From: Heptranchias perlo
Taxonomy: Eukaryota
NCBI RefSeq assembly: GCF_035084215.1
Contig: NC_090325.1
Coordinates: forward strand, 182,714,001-182,778,000
DNA: 64,000 bases
Direction: 5' to 3'
The position numbers were made by a program, and so were the translations under genes. Positions within the stretch are counted from its first letter, which is position 1, and each line of letters starts with the position of its first letter. The notes beneath the pieces are model-generated. The model was not told where the DNA came from. It was given only the letters and a program-made list of their open reading frames with translations, and searched no databases. Shown piece by piece: positions 49,549 through 61,561 of this stretch.

Positions 49549-51766
49549 CTGATGATATTTAAAGATGATCCGATGGATATGATTGTTAATACTTACACAC
49601 AATCCATAAACCTGGGAATAGTACTGATACAACAGGGTACACCAGGCAGTTTTGTAGTACTTACAAAAAGACTTTTGGACTATTATAAGTTACATTGTGT
49701 CGCTTAATCTGGAAATGTTCACTATACTGCATGTCCGTCACTTTACTATGCAGTACACAGTGTGTATTGTAATCTCGGAAGAAGGTATGAAAGCATTTGG
49801 CGTGGAAGAAATGGAATTTAGGTATCCCAGTACTGACTAGGGAAACAGGGCCAATCTCTCAGAAATAGGTCAAAGATTTCAATGTCTAGCATCTGTGTAA
49901 TCCTGCTGAATGTAAAATATGAAAATCAACAGAAATCTAGTTATGCTGAACATGATTAAAAATAAAATTACTCTTTCAGAATTTTTTTTAAATGAACCAG
50001 TTTCAAACGTGATTATGTTAATCAAGTGCATAATAGCTCCGAGATCCACTAATCACATCCGTGGCATTGTAGTGGAATATTTTGCTTAGTGGATGTGAGT
50101 TCTTTGTAGAGTGATATTTCTCCTCTTATAGATGCTTGTGCTTGTCAGTTGACTATGACTTCGTCCCTCTTTGTCATGTTCTTGAACGTCTGTTCCCTTA
50201 ATTGGGGAGGTGGGATTCAGCTACTTAGTTATCTTCTCAGTCAGTTTCTGACAGGACCTACAATGGGGGAGGGAGGAATTGATATCTCTGTCAAAAGTTT
50301 CAAATCTCCTTTTTGGCACCTCATCCACAATGAAATCCACCTCTGTTCCTGGGATTCTAACTGTTTTCTGTGTGGCTTGCAAGTTGGCCACATTCATTAA
50401 GTGTGATAAGGGTCAGAAAAGTCTGCTTTCAGGCTCATTAGGCTTATTAACACAATAATTTCAACTATTTTCTGATTTACTACCTTAGCCTACTGCAGAA
50501 GATAAACTCAATGATGTTGGAATGTGAACAATACTGTCTTGCCACATGGCAAATATTTTTTCATCCAGTTGCTGTCAAAACGTACCGGCACGTTTCCTCC
50601 CAGATTGTGTAAAATCTGTACATTTTTTTAATTAACTTCTTATCGTATACCTTTTATTAATTCAATTCTAATTGATAAAAGGCAGAAAATCAGCATTGAG
50701 GTTGACATTTTCACTTATTAGGTATCCTGGAACGAATCTCCTGTTTGTTGAGATAATGATTCAGAACTTTCAGGAACAGTGTCCAATTTGACATCCATCA
50801 TCATTGAAGATGTAATAAAAAGATTCAGACCAATAATTTATGGCTGTTCTTTTAGCAGAACTGAGGTTTTAGTTGCCAGTTGCAGAGCAGCATTACCGAG
50901 GGGCCTGGGAGTAGGTCACCTGACCAAATAAGGGAAGTAGGGAAAGGAACAATAGAGAAAGGAAGATACGCAGAAATTTGTTCAAAATCGTTTTAAATCA
51001 TGCCTTCTTTGCTTCTGAGATTCTGCCCTTCCCCACTCAAACTTTTGAAATCCCATCCACCCATATCAGCTGGAAACAGCTGTTGCCATTCCCTCTGATC
51101 CTTGCACTTAAAGTGACACAAGAAGCATTGTAGCAGCACAACAATTCTGGTATTCTTGTGAGAAAGCTGTTGGTGTCCTCATTCTTTTACAATACCAATC
51201 TGGTAGAAGTGCATTTAAAAAAATCATTTAGATATAATCATTTTGAAGAACAATGATTACATTTTTAGCTAAGTAAATCTACCTTTTTAATTTCCAAGAT
51301 GATTTGGTTACTTTTTGCTTAAAATAAAATTAAATGTTAATTTTGCAGTGTGATAACACAAGTATTGTATATGCTGTTTGACTCCAGATGTTGTGCTGTA
51401 AGGAGCGAACGGGGGCGGAGGATACAGATAAAGCTAACCACTTCTGTTCCCACTTGCATACATAACAACGGTGACTACACTTCAAAAGAGATTCATTGGC
51501 TGTAAAGTGCTTTGGAACGTCCTGAGGACGTAAAAGGCACTATATAAATGCAAGTTCATTTTTTCTCTTTGGCATTGGCGGTTGACCCCTCTTTCAATTC
51601 AAGTTAACAAAACTTAGCTATGGATCTGGGAGTAGGGGGAGAGGGAGAAAACATTACCAGGACTAACATCACATGGGTTTTTTTGTGCTAAAATGAGTAG
51701 CATGAAAATTGGTAAGTAACCATAGAAATGGCCTGTTTTACAATATAATTGTTCTTTTTTTCTTAG

Positions 51767-51840
51767 GTTCCTGTATTGTTGCATATTGGACATTTGGCAC
51801 TTGGTTGGGAGCAGTTAACTGCCCCATTTGCAGACAAATG
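51767..51840 (+). CDS. RNF170: RNF170 coding exon 4, second part of RING ([25 protein letters not shown])
   Basis: ttttttcttag acceptor, ATG|GTAAGA donor, 74 nt, phase compatible. Matches human [25 protein letters not shown]. Confidence 0.97.
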
Positions 51841-52089
51841 GTAAGATAAATAAAGCCATTAAATTATGATATTGGGTACAAAATTCATTACAAATGGTTT
51901 GACATATTAGAATTGGAGAAATGTTGCCAAAATCTTTTTTTACTTTTTCTTTACAAGATTCTTGGCAAGAAAAGCTTTTGATTTGATGAAATAATTCATT
52001 AAAGCAACTGCCATAGTAATAAGGCGTCAACTAAAGCAATCAAGTATATTTAATAAAGGATGGTAAAGTGCTTTACCCACAATAAGCAA

Positions 52090-52800
52090 TTTTTGCTTGT
52101 TGGAACATGTGCTCATTTTATGGGCAAGTTGTACCAACCCTGGCAGTGGGAGCCATTAACAGTATTACAAATATTAGAGCCAGGAAAGGTAACTGGTTTA
52201 ACAGTTGGGTGGGGAGGAGATCTAGGGAGCAGGAGGTGGGTCTCAAGGAAGAGATGAGCTTGGAGAGGGCAGTGGGAGAGAAACTGCAGAGCGACAAGTG
52301 ATCAGATGTAGCTGCACAGATGATTTTACAGACAAATAGATCCATGAGCTCTTTGCACTTAGTCTTGGAGGTGAGGGTGACAAAAAGTGATTGGAGGAGT
52401 TTGTGGGTCACTGTTGTCTTCCAAAATAATCCTGAAGAAATGGCAGGTTTAGAAGAAGAAAGCGAGCTAGTGCTTAATGTGGCTGAGCTAGATCTCATGA
52501 TAAAAAATAAGACCATTCACGTGCCAGGCACGCTTAAGTTTACGGTCCTTGAACTTAAGATTAAAGATGGAAATTGTAGCCACGGAACAGAGTGGGAGAC
52601 TGAGCGACTTGTTGGGAACAGTGGCATTGAAAACAGACAAGGGACACTTGAGCAGATGAACAACGGCCGAGCTGTCATGAAAGTACAGGGCCAGAGAACA
52701 AGAAATTGGAGTTTAAGTGAATCTGTGAAAGGGTTGAGGGAAGATGTTTTTTCCCCTGGGCAGGGTGAGGATACTACAGTTGGAGGAAGGTAGTGGCTGT
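52090..52800 (-). mobile_element. L2-type LINE ORF2 fragment upstream of the RT domain
   Basis: SPTALSKLISSLRPTSCSLDLLPTQLLNQLPFL resembles the L2 TxCxLDPIPT motif. Confidence 0.6.
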
Positions 52801-52859
52801 AGGTAGTAAAAGAAACAAGAAAGTGGTCAGAGAGAGTCTTAACGGTGATAGATACAGGG

Positions 52860-53235
52860 AAGTGGAGAGGCAGTGTGAGAGGGTGAGGTTGGTGGGCCTA
52901 TTCTGCCCATGGAACAGTACATACACCAGCTTGGTGATGCAGGCGTCTGGGATGTCGACTGATAGATATGATTTTTTGAGTAAGATTATGACAGGCTGTT
53001 GCTTAAAAGTCTGTGGGACAGGCCTTTCTCCAGTCTCCAGATGTTAGTGAGGAGGACTTTGCAGGGTTGACTTGCTAAGATTGCCTAAGTCTTATCCTGA
53101 TACAATGCCTGGGCCATTGCTGACAGGTCTATCCAATATCTTCCTTCCTTTTATGCTTGGTAGCAATTGCTACGTCAATTCAGAATCAACCGCTTAGTGT
53201 GGGACTTGACTCGTGTAGGCCAGACCAGTGTAGGT
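52860..53235 (-). mobile_element. Old 5' fragment (UTR plus ORF start) of the APE-RT LINE family
   Basis: gtgaggaggactttgcagggttgact and gtaggccagacc are reverse complements of 32375-32400 and 32188-32199. Confidence 0.65.
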
Positions 53236-56200
53236 TGAAATCACAGAACTATAGATGTTCACAGCATAGAAGGTGGCCATTTGGCCTATAACGTCAATAC
53301 CCTTCCTATAGTGTGGAGCCTAATACTGAACACAGTACTCTGAGATCTTAAGTTTTTATACAGGCTCATCATTTCCTCTTTCCTTTTATATTCTATAGCT
53401 CTTGAGATGAAACCTAAAATTCCACTACCTATCTGAGATACTTTCAACAGGGAAAACCATGTAACTTTATATGAGGGTTTATAATCCATAATTAATACAA
53501 ATGGGATTGTTATTTATGACAAACAGTAATAGTCCAAATCCACTGTAGTTATGTAGAACTGATCCTCTTCCTCTGCTCCAAGCCTCAGCCCCAGCCCCAG
53601 AAATGCTTCTGCTCCTGGCCTGTGTTGCTCCCAGTTGCTAGGTAATAGGAAACTGATGCCACTCCATCCCTGCACCAGCTCAATCCTCCTGTCATGTTTT
53701 AGTTCTGTTTCAACTCCCACTTCATCCAATTCCTTTATGTTTCATTCCATGGTTGACTGATCTGCTCCACTCCCCGCTATGAGTTCCATTCCCCAACCTC
53801 ACTGCTTTGTTCCCCACCTCATCTCCCAGACTTCTTGTGAGCAATACCACAGACGATCTACTGTTTCTAAATAAATTGTAACTATTTTTAATTCTGCGCA
53901 CTCTCTTCTCCCTATTTTCCTCTGTTGCCTCGTTCTCCATTTTCTTTATCCCATTTTTATTAATTTTATCCTTTTTTAAACCTAATCTGATGTCCTATTC
54001 TAATTTTTTTCTCCTCCAAAAATTATTTTGGAATCTGTACTTGTCTTGTTTCTTCTTCCTCATGGTTCTTATTAATAATTTTGGAAATTAAAACAATTTT
54101 TTTTTTACAAAATGGGCTTTAGTTGGCTGAAAAATAGTTTTAAGGACCAGTTTTTCAGCCAATTGAAAGTCCAGACTTTGAAGATTGACACAGATGTGAC
54201 CAGATCAGTATTTGACACTTTTTACCTGTCAAAACATGAGGAGGATACTCGTTAATGTCCCCCTGTGCATTAATGGTACCCAGATGAGTACATTTATCTA
54301 TGGTGCTAGAAGGGTTAAAATGGAGAAAGTTGTCACATTAAAGGAGAAGGAAAACCTAGAGGAAGACTTTGCTATATACTTACTTGTGTTTTTCAATGGA
54401 GAACTTGTGTCTTAATGGGAAGGGCAAGTGATTTCTTGCATTTACCCCTGACAGCATAACCTACTCAGTCAGTTAGTTTCTCTCCTCACAGCCAGTTTAG
54501 TTTCAAAGTGTCGATGTTCCACCTCGCTCCATCTGCTGAACTGTAAAGGAAGTTTCCAGCTGTTACGGTAGCCAGCTAGAAATTTCCTTTGGTGAAGAGA
54601 GGCAGAATACTGCCAGTAAAAGTGAGTGAGTGGATACTGTTATGTCAATTCAACTGAATTTGATTTTGAAAAATGTCCGGGAACCCAAATCTTCAATTCT
54701 TTTTATTGTGGTGAATCTGAACCAATGTGTTCAGAGATCAAAAGCAACATATACGATTATTAATCTGTGAAATTATCTGCTGCAAAAGTACCTCCCTGCA
54801 ATTTTTGACAGCTTTTCCCACGCTAAATCACTTGCCCTACTCGAAGGAGGTGACTGAATAAGTAGTGGTTACTTACTTCAATTTGGCTAGGTGAGATACT
54901 TCAAACTGAAAGCAGCTTTCCTTCTTTGTTCCATGATGGTACTACCTACCTCTAACATTCTTTAGAAAAGATTAAATAATTCCAACGGGAAACATCACAT
55001 CCATGCTAATTTTTAAAAATAAATTATGTACTCCTGAAAAGGTAACAAAAATCCTGTGCAAACCAAATCAAAATTTTAGTTTTTCTCCATCAGACAGCCA
55101 GAGCTGCAAGGGGAGGGCTCAGAGCACACGGTGGGCTTTCATCCTCCACCCAAAGAATTAACACTGGAATTATTCATCAGCTGCATGGACAGCAGCCAAC
55201 TGCAGCTTCAAACACAAAGCAGGAACGGGCCATCACAGAACTGAACCAGAGAAAGTTATGCTATTCATTACAGAGCGAGGGTACTGTGGCTCAGAGTTAG
55301 GTCATTGTCAGTCAGCATTAGTATTAGAAAAACTTTTTTTCCTGCAAAGGCTCATTATATTATGGAGTGCTTTCCATCAAGTGGCTATTGAAGCTAAGTA
55401 TACTTAAAGAAAAATATTCAAGGATATTGGGGGAAAGCGATTAAACTAGATGGCTCAGTGCACTTGCACAGTCATAATGGGTTGAACTTTCTACAATTCC
55501 ATAAACTGTGCTTATACTTAAGAATTAAAGACTTCTTTAGCCATATTTCTCAAAGCACCTGATTCAACTGGGAGCTGGAGAAGTGCGTGATGGAATAGTT
55601 GAGTCATATGAAGCTGCAGTGGACTTGAATCAGAACCAAAATTTCTGCCTGAATTGGCATCTGACTTCCACTTTCATTGGTTTAAAGAAAAGGATTTTCA
55701 GTTCTGAGATTGATGGACTGTAGACTTATGTTTATCCGACTAACTTCATGTATCCTGTAGGAACAAAACCTTATGCATCAGTGTCCAAAGATGATTGATT
55801 TATTGAATATTAACTACACCAGTAGTACATCCACCACTGGGGAACATTTCCCAATGTGTTCTGGAATTGATTCCTCGAGGACTGTTACGGATTAAAAGAA
55901 AAATATATTCATGAAGGAACTGTGTCTGACTCTGCAGACCCGGTGTGTTTGGGGTGCAGAGGCTGGTAATAATCTTTGAGCTTTTTCTGTGATTTAGTAA
56001 CAAATATTATTTGATCTGTGGGCCTTAGATAGTCCAAAAGTTTCAGAAAGGTGGTGTGCTTCCTTTTTTTTATAAAATGTGGGCCTGGGGGTGGGGGGTG
56101 TGGGGGATGAGAAAAATCCAAACCAAATAAATGTCAAAAGAACCTCTATATGAGGAGAAGAAATAGAACGAGAAGGGCCAGGGAACGGAAGGAAGTAAAA

Positions 56201-56689
56201 AAAAAAACAGAAGAGTGCATCAATAACATCAGAGTTGTGCTGAACAATAGTTAGTGTAATTGTAGTATTTAATTCAATCGTTTCCAGTTCAGATGAATTA
56301 TTGCTGCTCTCAATTGTTGTCTTAGTTATTGACTTTCAAATCCATCTCAATAAATGGAACAGGTCTGTTAAATAACGGACAGATTAGGGAGACTAAAGAA
56401 CATGAGAAGTTAGGAACAAGATATTGTAGGATATATTATTCAGGAAATTAGTGTAATCAATTGCAGTCCTTGCAAATAAGTGAAACCTCTGATCATTCAA
56501 ACTGGAAGAAGCTATTCAAGCACTCAACATTAATTAACATCAAGTTATGTGTTTTCTATAACTGACCAGCTGTGTCAGTGAAACCTGCAGTGAGTCACTG
56601 CATACTGGAAGTTTAGGTGGGGCATCTTTTGCCTCAAACATCATTTTGTTGGTGCTTGCTGCTTAGCTAGAAACTACTGGTGTGGAATT

Positions 56690-57740
56690 TCTGTTGAAGG
56701 CTTGGGTTAGTGAATGGCAGTTAATATTCCCACTTGCCAAGTGCCAGGTAATGACCATCTCCAACAAGAAAAGCCCAACAACCTCCCCCCTGACCTTCAA
56801 AGGTACCATCATCACTGAGTCCCTATTAACATCCAGGGAGTCATCATTGACCAGAAGTTTAACTGGACCCGCCATATCAATACCATAATTGCAAGAGCAG
56901 AACAGATGCTGGGCACTTTTTGACCTTTCAAAGCCTTTCTACCACGTACAGGGCTCAAGTGTCAGCCTTGGCTGAGTGATAGTACTCTTGTCTCTGAGTC
57001 AGAAAGTCACAGGTTCAAGCCCCATTTCAGAGACTCGAGCGCATGATCTAGGCTGACATTTTAGTGCAGTATCGAGAGAGTGACACACTTTCAGAGATGT
57101 CCTCTTTTGTATGAGACATTAAACCAAAGCCCCATTTGTTCTTTGGTGTATGTAAAAGATCCTATGGCACTATTTGAAGAAGAGTAGGGAGTTCTCCTGG
57201 TGCCCTGGCCAACATTTTATCCCTCAACCAACACTACTGAAAAACAGATTATCAGGTCATTTATCTCATTGCTTTGTGAGGCTTTGCTGTGTGTAAAGTG
57301 ACCACACTTCAAAAGTACTTAATTGGCTGTGAAACACTTTGGGACATCCTGAGGACATGAAAGGTGCTAAATAAATGCCAGTTCTTTCTCTAAGTCAGGA
57401 GTGTAATGGAATATTCACAACTCACCCGGTTGGGTGAAACTGCAACAGTACTCAAGAGGAAAGAGCACCTTTACCACTGGATATAATATCCACCCCCTCC
57501 ACCATGGGCACCTTGTGGCTGGAGTATGTATGTTAGCATAGTGGTTATGTTACTGGAATAATAATCCAGTGGCTTGGACTAATAATCCAGAGGTCATTAA
57601 TTCAAATCCCACTATGGCAGTTTGAGAATTTGAATTTAGTTTTTAAAAAATGGAAATAAAAAGCTGGTATCAGTAAGAAGTGTCCATGAAGCTGTCAGAT
57701 TGTCATAAAAAAGGAACTGTTCTTTAGGGAAGGAAGCTCT
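56690..57740 (+). mobile_element. Old APE-RT LINE fragment interrupted by a full-length Deu-domain SINE (about 56959-57390) and followed by a second SINE type (about 57536-57737)
   Basis: KCQVMTISNKK LINE segment; the AQV|RSVMEYS coding stretch is split by the SINE; the SINE has A/B-box-like head, Deu body and L2-like tail. Confidence 0.8.
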
Positions 57741-59329
57741 GGGTCTTGGATATTCTCTTGGTTACAGCAGTGCTAAAGGTACTATATAAATGAAAGTTGT
57801 TGTTACCGGTCACTCCTATAAGAATATGTCTCCTACTATTCTCTAAATAAATAGGGGCTATCATGACTTAATGGGTCTGAGCTAAGACAATTGACCCTTT
57901 TTGTATCAGTTTGAAGTAGACAGTGAGCCATGACATTCCACAAACTAACTTGTCTAGCTTTAATACACAACTTCGATACCTGCAGCCTGTGTTTTTTTTA
58001 AACCTGTGTAACTTTGCTTTGTTTTAAAACACAATATTTAACAATAACTCATTCCCACATCCTTTACCTGGAAAAAATAGTGATCATAAATCCTGAAACA
58101 TGACAGAGCCCTTACCATGGGATTCAGTATGGCCATTCCCTTGTATGTCCTTATGATGGAAGTAGAGTAGAAGCAGGAGGAAGAGGAAATAACTGAGGCA
58201 AGCAGGATAAGCCTACACCAAAGGAGAAGACTACCAACTTAAGAGGTACACTTCCACCACATCACTCCCTCAAGATTGTAAGATATCTGGTTAAAGAAGC
58301 AACAGTTCATTAAGGAGGCATAGAAGGAACTGTCTCAACCATTCAAAACAACTTCTCAAATACATAAATCAAACAAAGAACAGACATACCTCAGAACACT
58401 GGACTTTGTATCACAAAGTGCATACAACAGGTGCTTCTTTTAACCACCATAACTACCCTGGTGGCTCCCCGTGCTGTTCTTAAACCTATCCTGGTTCTGC
58501 ACACCAAGGTGCTCCCTGAGGGCCAGAGACACCCATGGGCTTGGCTGCACTGTGGTGTTACAAGCTTCTTGGGACTAAGGTGACCCTCGTCTCAGGGCTT
58601 CTGAGTCCCAGGAGGACTTGTCCGGCTGAGTTGTCACTGCAGTTGCATGGACAGCCTGGTCCTGTATCCTGCTACCAACATGAGCACGCATCTGAGGAGG
58701 CTAGCTAAAAAAAGTCACTAGCTGTTACTGTGAAGGTAGATTCTATTCAGGCCACTTGTGCTAGGTCCTGGACCTGAATGCCCACTGATCAGTGGGAGGG
58801 CAGACTTCATGGTATCAGATAGATCCAACACACCCCGAGAGATGGCACTCCAAAGCTCTTGGAAGCTAGTTTTCATTGTTCTCTCCAAACGGGTCCCCAA
58901 GGCATTAAGTGGGCGAAGCACATGAAATCCTTGCAGCTGCAGGATCAGTGGATCAGGCAGCTCCAACAGCATTCTGGAAGAATATAGAAGCAGCACCGAG
59001 CTGCAGGAGGAGCACTCATGTGCATATATGAACAATAGTTGATGAGGAAGTAGAAGTGGAAAGTGCCACTTCCATGTTAGAGAGGCCTGCACTTTACACA
59101 TTCACCATAACCCAGAGACATTGAACTCTAGGTCTTGTCTGTTTATAGCCTGAAAAATAGCACTCAACAGTAGAGTTGCGCTCATAGTCGTTGTCAGTGT
59201 CGCAAATTTAAACATTATATCCTTTCTCTTTACAGATGATGTCTGGCCTGCTCTGTGTTTCTAATATTTTCTGTTATTTCAGATTTCCATCATTTGCAGT
59301 TTATCCTTATTTCATATGGTTTATGAGCC

Positions 59330-60465
59330 ATTTAAACAGTTTATATTTGTTCCATTCACAAGGTCTATATCTGTGATATTCACAGGTTATATCTGAGTCA
59401 TTCCAAAAATTTCTATCTGTTCTATTTACACAGTTTATATCTGATTTTCACAGTTTATATCTGCACTATTCAATTTAAGTCTGCTATTTACAGTCTACAT
59501 TTGTGCCAATCACAGTTTGTGCCATTTAAACAAATTATGTCTTTGCTGTACAAACAGTTTATATTTTCTACTCACACAGTTTATGTCTATGCCATTCACC
59601 AGGTCTATAATCTGTGATATTCACAAGTTATGTCTGTGCCATTGTATCTGTGCCATTTATAAGGGGTACAGGAACAGAGAGACGTGGGGGGTATATGTAC
59701 ACAAATCGTTGAAGATGGCAGGGCAGGTTGAGAAAGCAATTAAAAAAACATACGGGATCCTGGGCTTTATAAATAGAGGCATAGAGTGCAAAAGCAAGGA
59801 AGTTATGATGAACCTTTATAAAACACTGGTTCAGCCACAACTGGGAGTATTGTGTCCAGTTCTGGGCACTGCACTTTAGGAAAGATGTGAAGGCCTTAAA
59901 GAGGGTCAGAAGAGATTTACTAGAATGATTCCAGGGATGAGGGACTTCAGTTAGGTGGATAGACTGGAGAAGCTGGGGTTGTTCTCCTTGGAACGCAGAA
60001 GGTTGAGAGGAGATTTGATAGAGGTATTCAAAATCATGAAGGGTCTAGACAGAGTAGATAGAGAGAAACTGTTCCCATTGGTGGAAGGGTCAAGAATCAG
60101 AGGACATAGATTTAAGGTGATTCGCAAAAGAACTAAAGGTGACATGAGGAAAAACTTTTTTACACAGCGAGTGGTTAAGATCTGGAATGCACTGCCCGAG
60201 GGGGTGGTGGAGGCAGATTCAGTCGTGGCCTTCAAAAGAGAACTGGATAAGTACTTGAAAGGAAAACATTTGCAGGGCTATGGGGATAGGGTGGGGGATT
60301 GGGACTAGCTGGATTGTTCTTGTATAGAGCTGGCACGGACTCAAAGGGCCGAAAGGCCTCCTTCCGTGCTGTAACCTTTCTATGATTCTATTCTATGGTT
60401 CAATATCTGTGCCATTCACAAGGTCTATATCTATGATATTCAAAGGTTATGTCTGTGCCATTTGT
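59330..60465 (+). repeat. Degenerate minisatellite of about 22-23 bp (consensus near TATATCTGTGCCATTCACAGTT), split by a CR1 insertion
   Basis: Recurrent tatatctg/tatgtctg...cattcaca units at 59330-59660 and again at 60400-60465. Confidence 0.7.
59661..60397 (+). mobile_element. CR1-type LINE 3' end
   Basis: DRLEKLGLFSLERRRLRGDLIEVFKIMKGLDRVD...IWNALPEGVVEAD; tail ttctatgattctattctat. Confidence 0.93.
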
Positions 60466-61450
60466 TGGGTTTATAGGATAGTAATTTATCCTTACCCTTA
60501 ATACAAGTTCGAGGACCAGGAAACACTGAGACATCTGATTAATATTTTTTATTCATCAAAACATTGATATAACCCATTGTAGTGCCCATGAGACTGGCAC
60601 CAAAAGCACTCACGTGCAACGGACTCATTGGGTGCTGTAGGCATCTTGACTGCTCATGCTAGCCTAAGCAAGACTAGGTAAAAGTCCCTAAGGGGGCTCT
60701 GGTGTGCTGTATCTTTATAGGATTAATTATGTCTCCCTAATGTGACAGTTTTACATCAGCACGATCTATTTACATCTAGGAAGTGTGTGCACACTTCCTG
60801 CCTGTCATTTTGGAGGTGTAGGCTGCATAGCACCTGAAAAATGGGTGCTACACGGCCCAATTTCTAGGCCGGTGTCTTTTATTTGGACGTTTGTGAACCA
60901 ATACAGTGCAGCACATCAGAGGGCCCAGTCCAACAGACATACAGGGTTGTATTAAAGTAAGCTGGAATAGAACAATAATTCAGCTGGTTTCATTCCTAAC
61001 TGTGTCGTCAGCAGCACTGTTACTAGCAGGCCCTTGGTAGCTGACACCTGAATAATATCCATGGATGCAGCACACCTTTTACCATCTCCAATGGCACCAC
61101 TACACAACACATAACCCCCGGAGATAGCCAGGGCCGATCAAATGGCCCCTAGAAAGACCTATTGTTTGTCAGCTTGGTTCTCAATATATGAGGATACCAT
61201 GAGCAACACCACAAGAGATCTGTTAAATGTGATCATAATGTACAGATTAACCATTCAAACCTCCCCTCAGAATCTATACAGATAATTAATATGGTCATGA
61301 ACAGCACTATGACTTTAGGTCAAAATTTGAGTTAAAGCCTGTCGGCTAAAATAATTTTAATAGTAAACAAATTAGTAGATTAATTGCCATGTATGCTTAG
61401 ATTATGTACAGTGATAATTTAATTTGTCATTTTAATTGTCTTGTGAGCAG

Positions 61451-61561
61451 GTTACATTGTTATTCCCACTGTTCCCAGTGAATGACCAGCAGCCAGAATC
61501 TATGCAGGTTATTCAAGATATAAATGACTATAACAGAAGATTCTCTGGTCAGCCCAGATCT
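61451..61561 (+). CDS. RNF170: RNF170 coding exon 5 ([37 protein letters not shown])
   Basis: gagcag acceptor, TCT|GTAAGT donor, 111 nt. [16 protein letters not shown] is identical to human. The final coding exon was not found in the window. Confidence 0.96.

Noticed and set aside
58150-59101. Possible decayed Harbinger/Myb-SANT remnant or the 127-aa ORF
   Set aside because: Only vague resemblance; no TIRs or convincing motif without a database search.
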